Shown piece after piece: positions 27,593 through 36,840 of a stretch of DNA of 64,000 nt. This DNA is from Candidatus Sulfotelmatobacter sp. Lineage in GTDB: Bacteria > Acidobacteriota > Terriglobia > Terriglobales > Acidobacteriaceae. A program made the position numbers and the translations under genes. The DNA lies in the NCBI GenBank assembly GCA_050014115.1, contig JBEKDY010000001.1:2369-66368 (forward strand). Direction: 5' to 3'. The stretch's first letter is position 1. The number at the start of each line of letters is the position of its first letter. Below the pieces are notes generated by a model. The model searched no databases. It was not told where the DNA came from and saw nothing but the letters and a program-made list of their open reading frames with translations.

Positions 27593-29087
27593 AAGCGTTA
27601 TGCCTAAAAGCACTCACGCGAAAGCTTATCTGGCGTTCGATTTTGGCGCGGAAAGTGGGCGGGCCGTTCTGGCGCATCTTCGGTCAGGGATCCTCACGAC
27701 CGAAGAAGTGCATCGTTTCCCCAACCAGCCGATCGAATGCGATGGGACTCTTCGTTGGGATGTGCCTCGACTGTGGTTGGAAGTCCGAGAGGCTCTGGCG
27801 CGAGTGGACGAAGTGGAACTCGCGGGGATCGGCGTTGATGCGTGGGGCGTGGACTATGCGTTGCTCGGTGAGCGCGGGGAGTTGCTGGAAAACCCTTACC
27901 ACTACCGCGATCGGCGGACCGAAGGCGTGATGGAAGAAGTGCTGGGGAAAGTTGGCAAGGAGGAAATCTACCAGGCGACCGGCATTCAGTTCATGCCGAT
28001 CAACACTCTGTATCAGCTTTTCGCCGCGCAGCGGGACACTCCCAAGGTGATCGCGGCGGCGAAACAACTGATTACGATTCCGGATTTGTTCAACTACTGG
28101 CTCACCGGAAATGCGGTCTGCGAATTTACGAATGCGACGACAACCCAAATGGTGGATCCGGTGAAGCGCGCGTGGGCCGGCGGATTGATAGAGAGCGCGC
28201 AGCTTCCGTCTCGCTTGCTGCGACCGATCGTCGAGCCGGGATCGATTCTTGGGACGCTTCTACCGGACATCGCGGGGCATACGTCTCTTGCGGGCACGAA
28301 CGTGATTGCTCCGGCTTGTCATGACACGGGTTCTGCGGTAGCGGCGATATCCGCTCGCGATGGCACGGCGTTTCTCAGTTCTGGAACGTGGTCGCTGCTG
28401 GGGACCGAACTGGATTCGCCGGTAATCACGCCCGATGCGTTGCGGCTGAACTTTACCAATGAGGGTGGCGTCAACGGAACTACCAGACTGCTGAAGAATG
28501 TGATGGGCCTGTGGATGGTGCAGGGCTGCCGGCAGTCCTGGTCGACGCAGGGGCATTCTTATGACTACCGTGAACTGACAGCACTCGCATCGCAAGAAAC
28601 GTCGTTCCATCATCTCGTTGATCCCGACGATGAATCCTTCTTGCATCCGACAGATATGCCAGCCGCCATTGACACGTTCTGCGGACGGACTCATCAGGCG
28701 GTTCCGCGGGGACCAGGAGCGTATGTGCGAGCCGTTCTTGAAAGCCTCGCATTCAAGTATCGGATGGTTCTTCGCAATCTGGAACAAGTTACCGGAAAGC
28801 GCGTTGGGCTGATTCGCATTATCGGCGGCGGATCAAAGAATCGGCTGCTGAACCAGTTGACAGCGGACGCTACGGGAAGGCGAGTGCTGGCCGGTCCCGC
28901 TGAGGCTGCGGCGCTGGGGAACATTGCGATGCAGATTCTGGCGACGGGAGGCGCGACTTCGCTCCAGGAAGTGCGCGCCATTGTAGACCGGTCTTTTCCA
29001 ACTGAAGTTTTCGATGCGATTGAGACCGACAGGTGGGATCAGCACGCGGAACGATTCGAGCAATATTGCGGGAGCATCTATGCCTGA
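27585..29087 (+). CDS. rhaB: rhamnulokinase (FGGY carbohydrate kinase)
   Basis: AYLAFDFGAESGRAVLA is the N-terminal FGGY motif. Also GVDAWGVDYALL, and GGGSKNRLLNQLTADATG in the C-terminal part. The ATG at 27585 overlaps the rhaI stop. An alternative ATG lies at 27600. Confidence 0.88.
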   Translation: MLKSVMPKSTHAKAYLAFDFGAESGRAVLAHLRSGILTTEEVHRFPNQPIECDGTLRWDVPRLWLEVREALARVDEVELAGIGVDAWGVDYALLGERGELLENPYHYRDRRTEGVMEEVLGKVGKEEIYQATGIQFMPINTLYQLFAAQRDTPKVIAAAKQLITIPDLFNYWLTGNAVCEFTNATTTQMVDPVKRAWAGGLIESAQLPSRLLRPIVEPGSILGTLLPDIAGHTSLAGTNVIAPACHDTGSAVAAISARDGTAFLSSGTWSLLGTELDSPVITPDALRLNFTNEGGVNGTTRLLKNVMGLWMVQGCRQSWSTQGHSYDYRELTALASQETSFHHLVDPDDESFLHPTDMPAAIDTFCGRTHQAVPRGPGAYVRAVLESLAFKYRMVLRNLEQVTGKRVGLIRIIGGGSKNRLLNQLTADATGRRVLAGPAEAAALGNIAMQILATGGATSLQEVRAIVDRSFPTEVFDAIETDRWDQHAERFEQYCGSIYA

Positions 29088-31296
29088 GACCAGAGCGACG
29101 ACTCACCTGAAGGATTTGTGGAAGGAAGCTGAAGCTCAGAAGATGGCTGGGAATCAGCTGGGGTTGTTGCGCTATCGCTCAAACTTATTGGGCGCCGATT
29201 TACGCATCACCAATTTTGGCGGCGGCAATACCAGCACGAAGCTGGAACTATCCGATCCGTTTACTGGCCGGCCGGTTCGCGTGCTGGCTGTAAAAGGGAG
29301 CGGCGGGGATCTAGGGTCCATCGCGGAGAGTGGATTTGCGCTGCTCTATCTTGATCGTCTGGAACAACTCAAGGAACTGTACCGCGGCGAGGAGCACGAA
29401 GATGAAATGGTGCGCTACTATCCGCTCTCGGCGTTTGGAGAAAATCGCGTAGCGGCGTCGATTGACACTCCCCTGCATGCGTTTCTTCCCTTTGCTCATG
29501 TGGATCATCTGCATCCGGACTGGGCGATCGCGCTGGCCGCAAGCGCAAACGGAAAACGGAAGCTGGAAGAGTTCGATAAACAATTTGATCGCAAGATCGT
29601 ATGGCTTCCCTGGCAGCGTCCAGGATTCGAACTGGCGCTGATGATCGAACGGGCGGTTAAAGACAATCCGGGAGCGGAAGGACTCATTCTTGGCGGCCAC
29701 GGCCTGTTTACCTGGGGAATGACGCAGCGCGATTGTTATTTGAACAGCATTCACACCATCGACCAGATGGGTGAATTCATTTTGGGGCATCAGTCGAAGA
29801 AAGGGCTATTGTTCGGCGGAGTCGAGCACAGCCCCGCGGAGAATCGCAAGAAGATCGCCGTCCAGATATTGCCCGCGCTGCGGGGAGTCGTGTCTTCGAA
29901 TCGCCGCGTGGTCGGCCACTACACTGACGATGAAGATGCTCTGACTTTTGCCGGGTCGAAGTGGGCGAAGGAGTTGAGTTCGCTCGGCACCAGTTGTCCG
30001 GATCATTTTCTGAGAACGCGAGTTTGTCCTCTTTTCCTTCCGTGGGACCCTGCAAAAGAGGATGTCACTGTTCTGAAAGAAAGTATTCAGGCCGAGGTTG
30101 TGCAGTATCGAGCCGCATATAAAAAGTATTACGACGCATGGGCGACCAGCGAATCACCGAAGCTGCGAGATTCGAACCCTTCCGTCGTCGTGGTTCCGGG
30201 ACTGGGGCTGTTCGGCTTCGGCAAGAATAAAAAAGAAGCGCGAATCGCGACTGAGTTCTTCATCAATGCGATTCATGTCATGGCCGGGGCAAGCGCCCTG
30301 GACGATGGAGAGGTCTCTCATCCTCTGCCGCAGGCGCGGCACGCCGAGCAATCGCAACAGTTCACGCAGTTCCATAATTATGTGGCGCTTCCGAGGTCGG
30401 AGGCGTTCCGCATCGAGTATTGGGCTCTTGAAGACGCCAAGCTGCAACGCATGCCTGCCGAATCAGAATTTAGCCGCAAAATTGCGCTCATTATCGGGGG
30501 CGCCAGCGGTATCGGCCGGGAAGTGGCTTTGTTGCTGGCGCGAAAAGGCGGGCATATTGTAGTAGCTGATTTTGACGAGCAGGGCGCCGGAAAAGTTGCC
30601 GATGAAGCCGGAGCGATCGCGTCTCCCGAATTTGTTGCGCACACTCGCGTGGACATCAGTTCCGCTGCATCGATTGCGGAGGGGGCGAATTTCACGATTT
30701 CTCAATTTGGGGGCGTGGATATCATCGTCAACACGGCTGCTGTCTATCCCGTGCCCGGATCTGATGGCGAGCTCGCGGATGCGCAATGGGCACAAACATT
30801 TCTGGTCAATGTCACCGGAAACTACTTTCTTGCGCGGCAGACGGAATGGGTATTCAAAGATCAGGGCCTGTCCGCAGCCATGGTGCTCACGAGCTCTGCC
30901 AACGCCGTCGTGGCTAAGAAAGGCAGCGAGGCTTACGACACCAGCAAGGCAGCTCTCAATCACTTGATTCGCGAGCTCTCAATCAAACTCGGGCCGCAGG
31001 TGCGCGTGAACGGAATCGCGCCCGCGACTGTGGTGGCGGGTTCCACTATGTTCCCGCGGGATCGGGTGATGCAGTCTCTTGAAAAATACAAGATCACTTT
31101 CTCGGACTCGGAATCGACAGAGGAACTACGCACCAAGCTGGCCGATTTTTATGCGCAACGGACGCTGACGAAACAGTCCATTCTCCCGCAAGACTGTGCC
31201 GCCGCAATCGTGTGGCTGGCCGGTGACCAGAGTGCGAAGACGACTGGGCACATCATTCCCGTCGACGGCGGGCTCCCAGAGGCCTTCCAGCGCTAA
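29080..31296 (+). CDS. rhaEW: bifunctional rhamnulose-1-phosphate aldolase / short-chain dehydrogenase (RhaEW type)
   Basis: The N-terminal half is class II aldolase/adducin-like. The C-terminal half is an SDR (IGGASGIGREVALLLARKG; YDTSKAAL catalytic YxxxK). The ATG at 29080 overlaps the rhaB stop by 8 nt. Confidence 0.88.
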   Translation: MPETRATTHLKDLWKEAEAQKMAGNQLGLLRYRSNLLGADLRITNFGGGNTSTKLELSDPFTGRPVRVLAVKGSGGDLGSIAESGFALLYLDRLEQLKELYRGEEHEDEMVRYYPLSAFGENRVAASIDTPLHAFLPFAHVDHLHPDWAIALAASANGKRKLEEFDKQFDRKIVWLPWQRPGFELALMIERAVKDNPGAEGLILGGHGLFTWGMTQRDCYLNSIHTIDQMGEFILGHQSKKGLLFGGVEHSPAENRKKIAVQILPALRGVVSSNRRVVGHYTDDEDALTFAGSKWAKELSSLGTSCPDHFLRTRVCPLFLPWDPAKEDVTVLKESIQAEVVQYRAAYKKYYDAWATSESPKLRDSNPSVVVVPGLGLFGFGKNKKEARIATEFFINAIHVMAGASALDDGEVSHPLPQARHAEQSQQFTQFHNYVALPRSEAFRIEYWALEDAKLQRMPAESEFSRKIALIIGGASGIGREVALLLARKGGHIVVADFDEQGAGKVADEAGAIASPEFVAHTRVDISSAASIAEGANFTISQFGGVDIIVNTAAVYPVPGSDGELADAQWAQTFLVNVTGNYFLARQTEWVFKDQGLSAAMVLTSSANAVVAKKGSEAYDTSKAALNHLIRELSIKLGPQVRVNGIAPATVVAGSTMFPRDRVMQSLEKYKITFSDSESTEELRTKLADFYAQRTLTKQSILPQDCAAAIVWLAGDQSAKTTGHIIPVDGGLPEAFQR

Positions 31297-31339
31297 GGAA
31301 TAGATGTCCGAGAGACCGTGATCCAAACTTGAGGAATCC

Positions 31340-32503
31340 ATGAACCCAGCACTAGGAGTGTTTTTTCACTGGCTCGGCGGGCTCGCTTCCGCAAGTTTTT
31401 ATGTTCCCTATCGCGGGGTAAGGAATTGGGCCTGGGAAACCTATTGGCTGGTGGGCGGATTCTTCAGTTGGATCATTGCTCCGTGGATACTCGCGTTCAC
31501 GATGACTCACGATCTTATGCGCGTGCTCCACGAGGCTCCGGCTGGGAGCCTTTTCTGGACGTATGTGTTTGGAGTTTTGTGGGGACTCGGCGGGCTCACG
31601 TTCGGCCTTACGATGCGGTACCTCGGGATGTCGCTGGGCATGGCTGTGGCGCTCGGTTACACGGCGGCATTCGGCACGTTGATGCCTCCGATTTTCCGGG
31701 GCGTGTTCGCGTCCGAGGTGCTCGCGACCCACTCTGGGCTGGTGATTCTTGGCGGTGTCGCCGTTTGTCTTCTTGGGATCGCATTTGCTGGTGCAGCCGG
31801 AATATCTAAAGAGCGCGAGATGTCGACTGAGCAAAAGCGTGCCTCGATCAAGGAATTCGATTTGAAGAAGGGATTGCTCGTTGCCACTTTTTCCGGGGTG
31901 ATGAGCGCTTGCTTCGCTTACGGACTCGCGGCGGGCGATCCGATCAAGGCCATCACTATCCAGCATGGCACACCGGTGTTGTGGCAGGGACTTCCGGTGC
32001 TCGTCGTGGTACTCGCGGGGGGATTCACCACTAACTTCCTGTGGTGCCTGATTCTGAATATTCACAACCGCACCGGCTACCAATATTTCGATTCCGAAAT
32101 TCGCGGCGGAGTTCTTTCGCGCGGAGAGGAGCACATTCTGGAAACCGCCACCGATGCTCCGGCCGAGGAGATGGCTATTGCCCTGGTCGTCGCTCCCGAC
32201 ACGGCCGTGAAGGCTCCGATGCTTGCCAATTATTTGTTTTCGGCGCTCGCGGGCACGACCTGGTATATGCAATTTTTCTTCTACACCATGGGCGAGACGC
32301 AGATGGGGCGCTACAAGTTTTCCAGTTGGACTCTGCACATGGCCAGCATCATTATCTTCAGCACGCTGTGGGGTATCGCATTGCATGAGTGGAAGGGCGC
32401 GGGCGGCAGAACCAGGCTGCTGGTGGCGTTTAGCTTGCTGGTGCTGGTGAGCTCGACGGTGATCGTCGGCTACGGAAATTACATCGGCGGGGCTTCCCAT
32501 TGA
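31340..32503 (+). CDS. rhaT: L-rhamnose/H+ symporter
   Basis: Ten-TM profile. The N-terminus GVFFHWLGGLASASFYVPYRGVRNWAWETYW is typical of RhaT. It carries a roughly 40-aa hydrophilic central insertion relative to the 344-aa E. coli protein. Confidence 0.85.
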   Translation: MNPALGVFFHWLGGLASASFYVPYRGVRNWAWETYWLVGGFFSWIIAPWILAFTMTHDLMRVLHEAPAGSLFWTYVFGVLWGLGGLTFGLTMRYLGMSLGMAVALGYTAAFGTLMPPIFRGVFASEVLATHSGLVILGGVAVCLLGIAFAGAAGISKEREMSTEQKRASIKEFDLKKGLLVATFSGVMSACFAYGLAAGDPIKAITIQHGTPVLWQGLPVLVVVLAGGFTTNFLWCLILNIHNRTGYQYFDSEIRGGVLSRGEEHILETATDAPAEEMAIALVVAPDTAVKAPMLANYLFSALAGTTWYMQFFFYTMGETQMGRYKFSSWTLHMASIIIFSTLWGIALHEWKGAGGRTRLLVAFSLLVLVSSTVIVGYGNYIGGASH

Positions 32504-32551
32504 TGTTGACTAGCATGATCTCGACTACCACGAGTTGCCGATCACTTGATT

Positions 32552-33715
32552 TCATTTGCCGGTTTCAAATGCCGGAACATCGGTCCAGGCTCGCGCCCGG
32601 TGGCTCTGCAGCACGGCGTCGAGGATTTTGAGTTGGCGCAGTCCATCGATGAACTGGGGATACTCGGGCGCGCCGCCGGGTGTGCCGATTGAGGCATAGA
32701 AGCGTCGGAAGACTTGTTTGAAGGTGTCGTCGTAACCTTCACTGTGGCCGCCGGGAAGATCAGCGAAAGCGCGCGCAGCGGGTTTCAGCAGAGAGGGATC
32801 CTTCACGTAAATCTGATTGGCTACATCGCGGTGACCGGACCAGAGTTCGTCGGGACGCTCCTGATTCCAGGCGACGGAAGACTTTGTGCCGTAAATTTCG
32901 ATGCTGAGGCCGTTCTTGCGTCCGGCGGAAACCTGGCTGGCCGTCATGGCTCCTCGCGTGCGGTTTCCCATGCGGAAGATAACGGCGCCGAAGTCTTCGG
33001 TGTCGATGGGTGTCTCAATGTAATCTTCCGGGCTCAGCAGCTTGTTGGCGAAAGTTTCTACCGAGTGCTTCGGCTGCTTGCGGGTTGCGTGGAACGTCTG
33101 AAGATCGGCACAGAGCGAGGTCACGCGCAATCCCGTGACATGCTCCGCCATATCGAACCAGTGCGAGCCAATATCGGCCATGCAGCGCGAAGGGCCTCCG
33201 GCTTTGGTTTCGACGCGCCAATTCCAGTCGGTGTCGTAGAGCAGCCAGTCCTGCGAGTACGTGCCCTGGACGACGAGGATTTCTCCCAGGTCTCCGGCTT
33301 CGCGCATGGCGCGCATCTGCTGCACCATGGGGTAGTAGCGCAAATTGTGGCAGACGCAGTTACGCAAGCCCTTCTGCGCGGCGAGAGCGACGAGTTCCTC
33401 GCCCTCGGCAACGCTCGTGGCCAGCGGCTTTTCGCAGAGCACGTGCTTGCCGGCCTGAAGCGCATCCTTGGCCATGGGAAAGTGCTGCGCGTTGGGCGTG
33501 CAAATGTGGACGGCGTCGATCGTTGGATCGCGGAGGATCTCGCGATAGTCAGCCGCAATCGTTGCGATGGAGAAACCCGCGCCCAGGCGTCGCGCGGCTT
33601 CGACGTTTCTGCCGGCGATGGCTGCGGCTTCGACAGATTCCACACGGCGCACGGCTTCGAGGTGCACGCGGCCCATGAAGCCGGTGCCGAAAATAGCTGT
33701 TCTGATTGATTTCAT
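32552..33715 (-). CDS. Gfo/Idh/MocA family oxidoreductase (cytoplasmic)
   Basis: MKSIRTAIFGTGFMGRVH Rossmann start and the EKP motif (LCEKPLA). No signal peptide. The ATG at 33715 was chosen because upstream in-frame codons overlap the preceding gene. Confidence 0.8.
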   Translation of the reverse strand: MKSIRTAIFGTGFMGRVHLEAVRRVESVEAAAIAGRNVEAARRLGAGFSIATIAADYREILRDPTIDAVHICTPNAQHFPMAKDALQAGKHVLCEKPLATSVAEGEELVALAAQKGLRNCVCHNLRYYPMVQQMRAMREAGDLGEILVVQGTYSQDWLLYDTDWNWRVETKAGGPSRCMADIGSHWFDMAEHVTGLRVTSLCADLQTFHATRKQPKHSVETFANKLLSPEDYIETPIDTEDFGAVIFRMGNRTRGAMTASQVSAGRKNGLSIEIYGTKSSVAWNQERPDELWSGHRDVANQIYVKDPSLLKPAARAFADLPGGHSEGYDDTFKQVFRRFYASIGTPGGAPEYPQFIDGLRQLKILDAVLQSHRARAWTDVPAFETGK

Positions 33716-33764
33716 CTTCAGGTCTCTAGTTCTCTTCTTGTCTCTGGCGGCTCTTGCCCACGCG

Positions 33765-34724
33765 TTAAGTCCACCAGGCTGCTGTAGATTGCTCACGAAT
33801 GACGATGCTGTTGAGGAATGTGGCGGCTTTGGTCAGGCCCTCTTCCGGCGAGAGCAGGCTGTCTTCGTGCTCGATAGAGAGGACGTAGTCGTAACCAAAC
33901 ATGCGGAGCGTCGAAATCAACTCGCTCCACCATTCGGCGCCATGGCCATAGCCGCAGGTGCGGAAGATCCAACTACGATCGCGCTCCTGGGTGTAAGGCT
34001 TGGTATCGAGAACGCCGGTGCGCGGCAGGTTGGCGGCATAGATCTGCGTGTCTTTGGCGTGGACATGGAAGATAGCGCCCTCGAGTACTCGGACGGCGGC
34101 GATGGGATCGATGCTCTGCCAGAAGAGATGGCTGGGATCGAAGTTGCAACCAACATTCGGTCCGGCGATGGAGCGCAGCCTGAGCATGGTCTCCGGGTTA
34201 TAGACGACAAACCCGGGATGCATTTCGATGGCGATCTTCACGCCGTGGTCAGCGGCGAATTTTGCGTGCTCGATCCAGTAGGGAGTGACGACTTCGCTCC
34301 ACTGCCAGTCGAGCACCTTGAGGTAGTCGGGAGGCCAGGGGCACGTCACCCAGTTCGGAGCGGTGGCGTGGGGCGAATCGCCGGGGCATCCGGAGAAATC
34401 GACGACCACGGAGATGCCGAGCTTTTCGGCGAGCAGGATGGTTTTGCGGCTCACGTCGCGATCCTGCTTCGCACGATTCTTGTCGGGATGCAGTGCGTTG
34501 CCGTGGCAACTCAAGGCGCTGATGGTGACGCCGTGGTCCGCCAGAAGCTTCTGAAACTGGGCGAGGGCTGCGGCATCTTCGAGCATCGAGAGTTTGCAGT
34601 GTGCGTCGCCCGGGTAGTTTCCGGTGGAGAGTTCGACGGTGTTAATTTTGAGCGCCGTGAGTTTCTTGAGAACCGCGGCCAGCGGAAGTTGCGACAGCAG
34701 CGGAGTAAAGACACCAATACGCAT
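33765..34724 (-). CDS. sugar phosphate isomerase/epimerase (xylose-isomerase-like TIM barrel)
   Basis: Motifs LKINTVELSTGNY, IAIEMHPG and FDPSHLFWQ are typical of the AP-endonuclease-2/XI-like TIM family. An alternative TTG start lies at 34745. Confidence 0.8.
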   Translation of the reverse strand: MRIGVFTPLLSQLPLAAVLKKLTALKINTVELSTGNYPGDAHCKLSMLEDAAALAQFQKLLADHGVTISALSCHGNALHPDKNRAKQDRDVSRKTILLAEKLGISVVVDFSGCPGDSPHATAPNWVTCPWPPDYLKVLDWQWSEVVTPYWIEHAKFAADHGVKIAIEMHPGFVVYNPETMLRLRSIAGPNVGCNFDPSHLFWQSIDPIAAVRVLEGAIFHVHAKDTQIYAANLPRTGVLDTKPYTQERDRSWIFRTCGYGHGAEWWSELISTLRMFGYDYVLSIEHEDSLLSPEEGLTKAATFLNSIVIREQSTAAWWT

Positions 34725-35066
34725 AACGCTTTTTGTCTCCTCCAACGCTCAAGAAAGGTAGGGCGGTGGATGCAAATTGTCAACCGGATCCTATCCATCC
34801 CAGAAAGTGCGTGGATGTATGATTGCCGCCCTGGCCTCGTCATTGTCGCGTGAGTGTTTCGCTTGGGTAAAGGAAGGAAAAGCCTTTGACCGCAGAGCGC
34901 GCAGAGGAACACCCGCAGAGATCGCGAAGAGAAACAAACCACGCATACACCAGAAATCCGCTCCGAGTGGCACACGGTCGTTGGGACGCAAAGCGTGAGA
35001 CTCAGGAGGACAAAAGATTGTGTTACCTTATCGTCCGACGGCATCTTAGCGAAAAGGGGGGTTCCC

Positions 35067-35930
35067 TTGCGCCAAACTCGATACGATCTTGTCTTCGTTG
35101 CGGTTTTTCTGATCCTGGCGGGCGTCGCGCTGACCCAGGACGCGGCTGTGAATCCTTCGGTCCCACCTCCTCCGCACGCCAAGCAAATTCATCTCAAGCA
35201 TATTCTGGTGATCAGCCAAACTAAGGGATTCGAGCACGATTCGATTTCCGCTGCGATGGCGGCCATCTACAACATGGGACACGACAGCGGTCTTTGGGAT
35301 GCCACGCTGCGCACCGATACCGAGCTCATCACCAAAAAGACTCTGGAAAAAAACGCCAAGAATCTGGACTACTTCGATGCCCTGGTTTTTGTGAGCACTA
35401 CTGGCGAGCTCGACCTGGACGACGGCCAGAAGAAAGACATGCTCGCCTTTATCAAGGATGACGGCAAGGGATTTGTGGGCGTTCACGCCGCGCTTGACAC
35501 CAACTACAAATGGCCGGAATACGGTGAGATGATCGGCGGGTGGTTCGACCAGCACCCATGGTCGACTTTCAACGCGCCGATTATCAACGAAGACCCGAAC
35601 TTCCCGGCGGTCCGTCACTTTCCAAAGGCGTTTGTGAAGTATGACGAGATCTACCAGCCCAAGGAGTGGTCGCGCGACAAGGTCAACGTGCTGCTCAGTC
35701 TCGACCCCGCGAAGCTCAACTATGCAAACAATCCGCGCGTCCACAGAACGGATCACGATTTCGCCGTCGCCTGGGACAAGATGTACGGCAAGGGGCGGGT
35801 TTTCTATTCGACCCTCGGCCACACGGAAGAGGCCTGGGCTGACCCGGACATCCGCAAGATGTATTTTGAAGCGATCAAGTGGGCGCTGGGCATGACGGAA
35901 GGGAGCACGGCTTCTCATTCACGGCCTTAA
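35067..35930 (+). CDS. ThuA domain protein (trehalose-utilisation-like), secreted
   Basis: ThuA motifs ILVISQTKGFEHDSI, GKGFVGVHAA and GRVFYSTLGH. Signal peptide LRQTRYDLVFVAVFLILAGVALTQD. The TTG at 35067 is preceded by AGGGGGG. The track ORF begins at 34995, so the start is uncertain. Confidence 0.7.
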   Translation: MRQTRYDLVFVAVFLILAGVALTQDAAVNPSVPPPPHAKQIHLKHILVISQTKGFEHDSISAAMAAIYNMGHDSGLWDATLRTDTELITKKTLEKNAKNLDYFDALVFVSTTGELDLDDGQKKDMLAFIKDDGKGFVGVHAALDTNYKWPEYGEMIGGWFDQHPWSTFNAPIINEDPNFPAVRHFPKAFVKYDEIYQPKEWSRDKVNVLLSLDPAKLNYANNPRVHRTDHDFAVAWDKMYGKGRVFYSTLGHTEEAWADPDIRKMYFEAIKWALGMTEGSTASHSRP

Positions 35931-35989
35931 GCATCACGGCCGTAAACAGCCGGCGCGGACACTGAGAATGTGGAGGAACATTTAAGGGG

Positions 35990-36799
35990 ATGAACGTTCT
36001 TCAGTCGACATTGCACTGGAGTGCACGGTTGGCAGCTTTGTTCTTCGTAGGCTTGGCCTTGGCTGCGGCGCAAACTGCAACTCCAACTCATACGGCGCCA
36101 GCTCCCAAGTCATACCCGCCTGCGCTCGTCGAGAGCGGGAGCGCGCTCTTCCGCAAAGATTGCTCCTTTTGTCACGGACGCGATGCGGGCGGCGGAGAAA
36201 CCGGCCCCGACCTCACGCGTTCGAAGCTGGTAGCCGCGGATGTGAGTGGAAGCAAAATTGGCGAAGTTGTGCGCAGTGGACGCCCAGAAAAAGGCATGCC
36301 GCACTTTGATGTAACTGCCCAGCAGATCGCCGGCCTGGCTGCGTTTATTCACACCCAGCGCAACCTCGCGCTCGCGCAAAAGGGCGGACGCAGGGGTGTA
36401 GATGTCTCCGATCTGCAAACCGGCAACGCCGAGGCGGGCAAACAGTACTTCGACGGTGCGGGGGGATGCGCAACCTGCCACTCCCCCACCGGCGATCTTG
36501 CCGGGATCGCATCGCGTCACAAGGGTCTCGAACTCGAGATGAGGATGCTGTATCCCGGACGCGCGAAATCCAAAGTCACGGTGACGCTGGCTTCCGGCCA
36601 GGCGATCACCGGCACCCTGGCATACCGGGATGAGTTTACGATCGCGCTGACCGATGCTACCGGCGTGTACCGGTCCTGGCGGACCAGCGATGTGCAGTAC
36701 AAACTCGATGCGCCGGTCGATGCTCATGTCGACCTGTTGAGTAAATACACGGATGACGACATCCACAATCTGATGGCTTATTTGCAAACTTTACGTTAG
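35990..36799 (+). CDS. dihaem c-type cytochrome, secreted
   Basis: Signal peptide plus two CxxCH sites (CSFCHG and CATCHS). Confidence 0.8.
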   Translation: MNVLQSTLHWSARLAALFFVGLALAAAQTATPTHTAPAPKSYPPALVESGSALFRKDCSFCHGRDAGGGETGPDLTRSKLVAADVSGSKIGEVVRSGRPEKGMPHFDVTAQQIAGLAAFIHTQRNLALAQKGGRRGVDVSDLQTGNAEAGKQYFDGAGGCATCHSPTGDLAGIASRHKGLELEMRMLYPGRAKSKVTVTLASGQAITGTLAYRDEFTIALTDATGVYRSWRTSDVQYKLDAPVDAHVDLLSKYTDDDIHNLMAYLQTLR

Positions 36800-36840
36800 G
36801 CGCTTTCTGTCGCGGCTAGTTGGAGGGATCCCTAATTGTC

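Noticed and set aside
31352-32500. 382-aa minus-strand ORF
   Set aside because: It is antisense to rhaT. The sense frame has a clear 10-TM transporter profile, while the antisense product is hydrophilic and R/H/E-rich.
33567-34853. 428-aa plus-strand ORF, together with 32714-33709 and 35046-35918
   Set aside because: These are shadow ORFs opposite the Gfo/Idh/MocA, TIM-barrel and ThuA genes. They carry no motifs, and the opposite frames carry family signatures.
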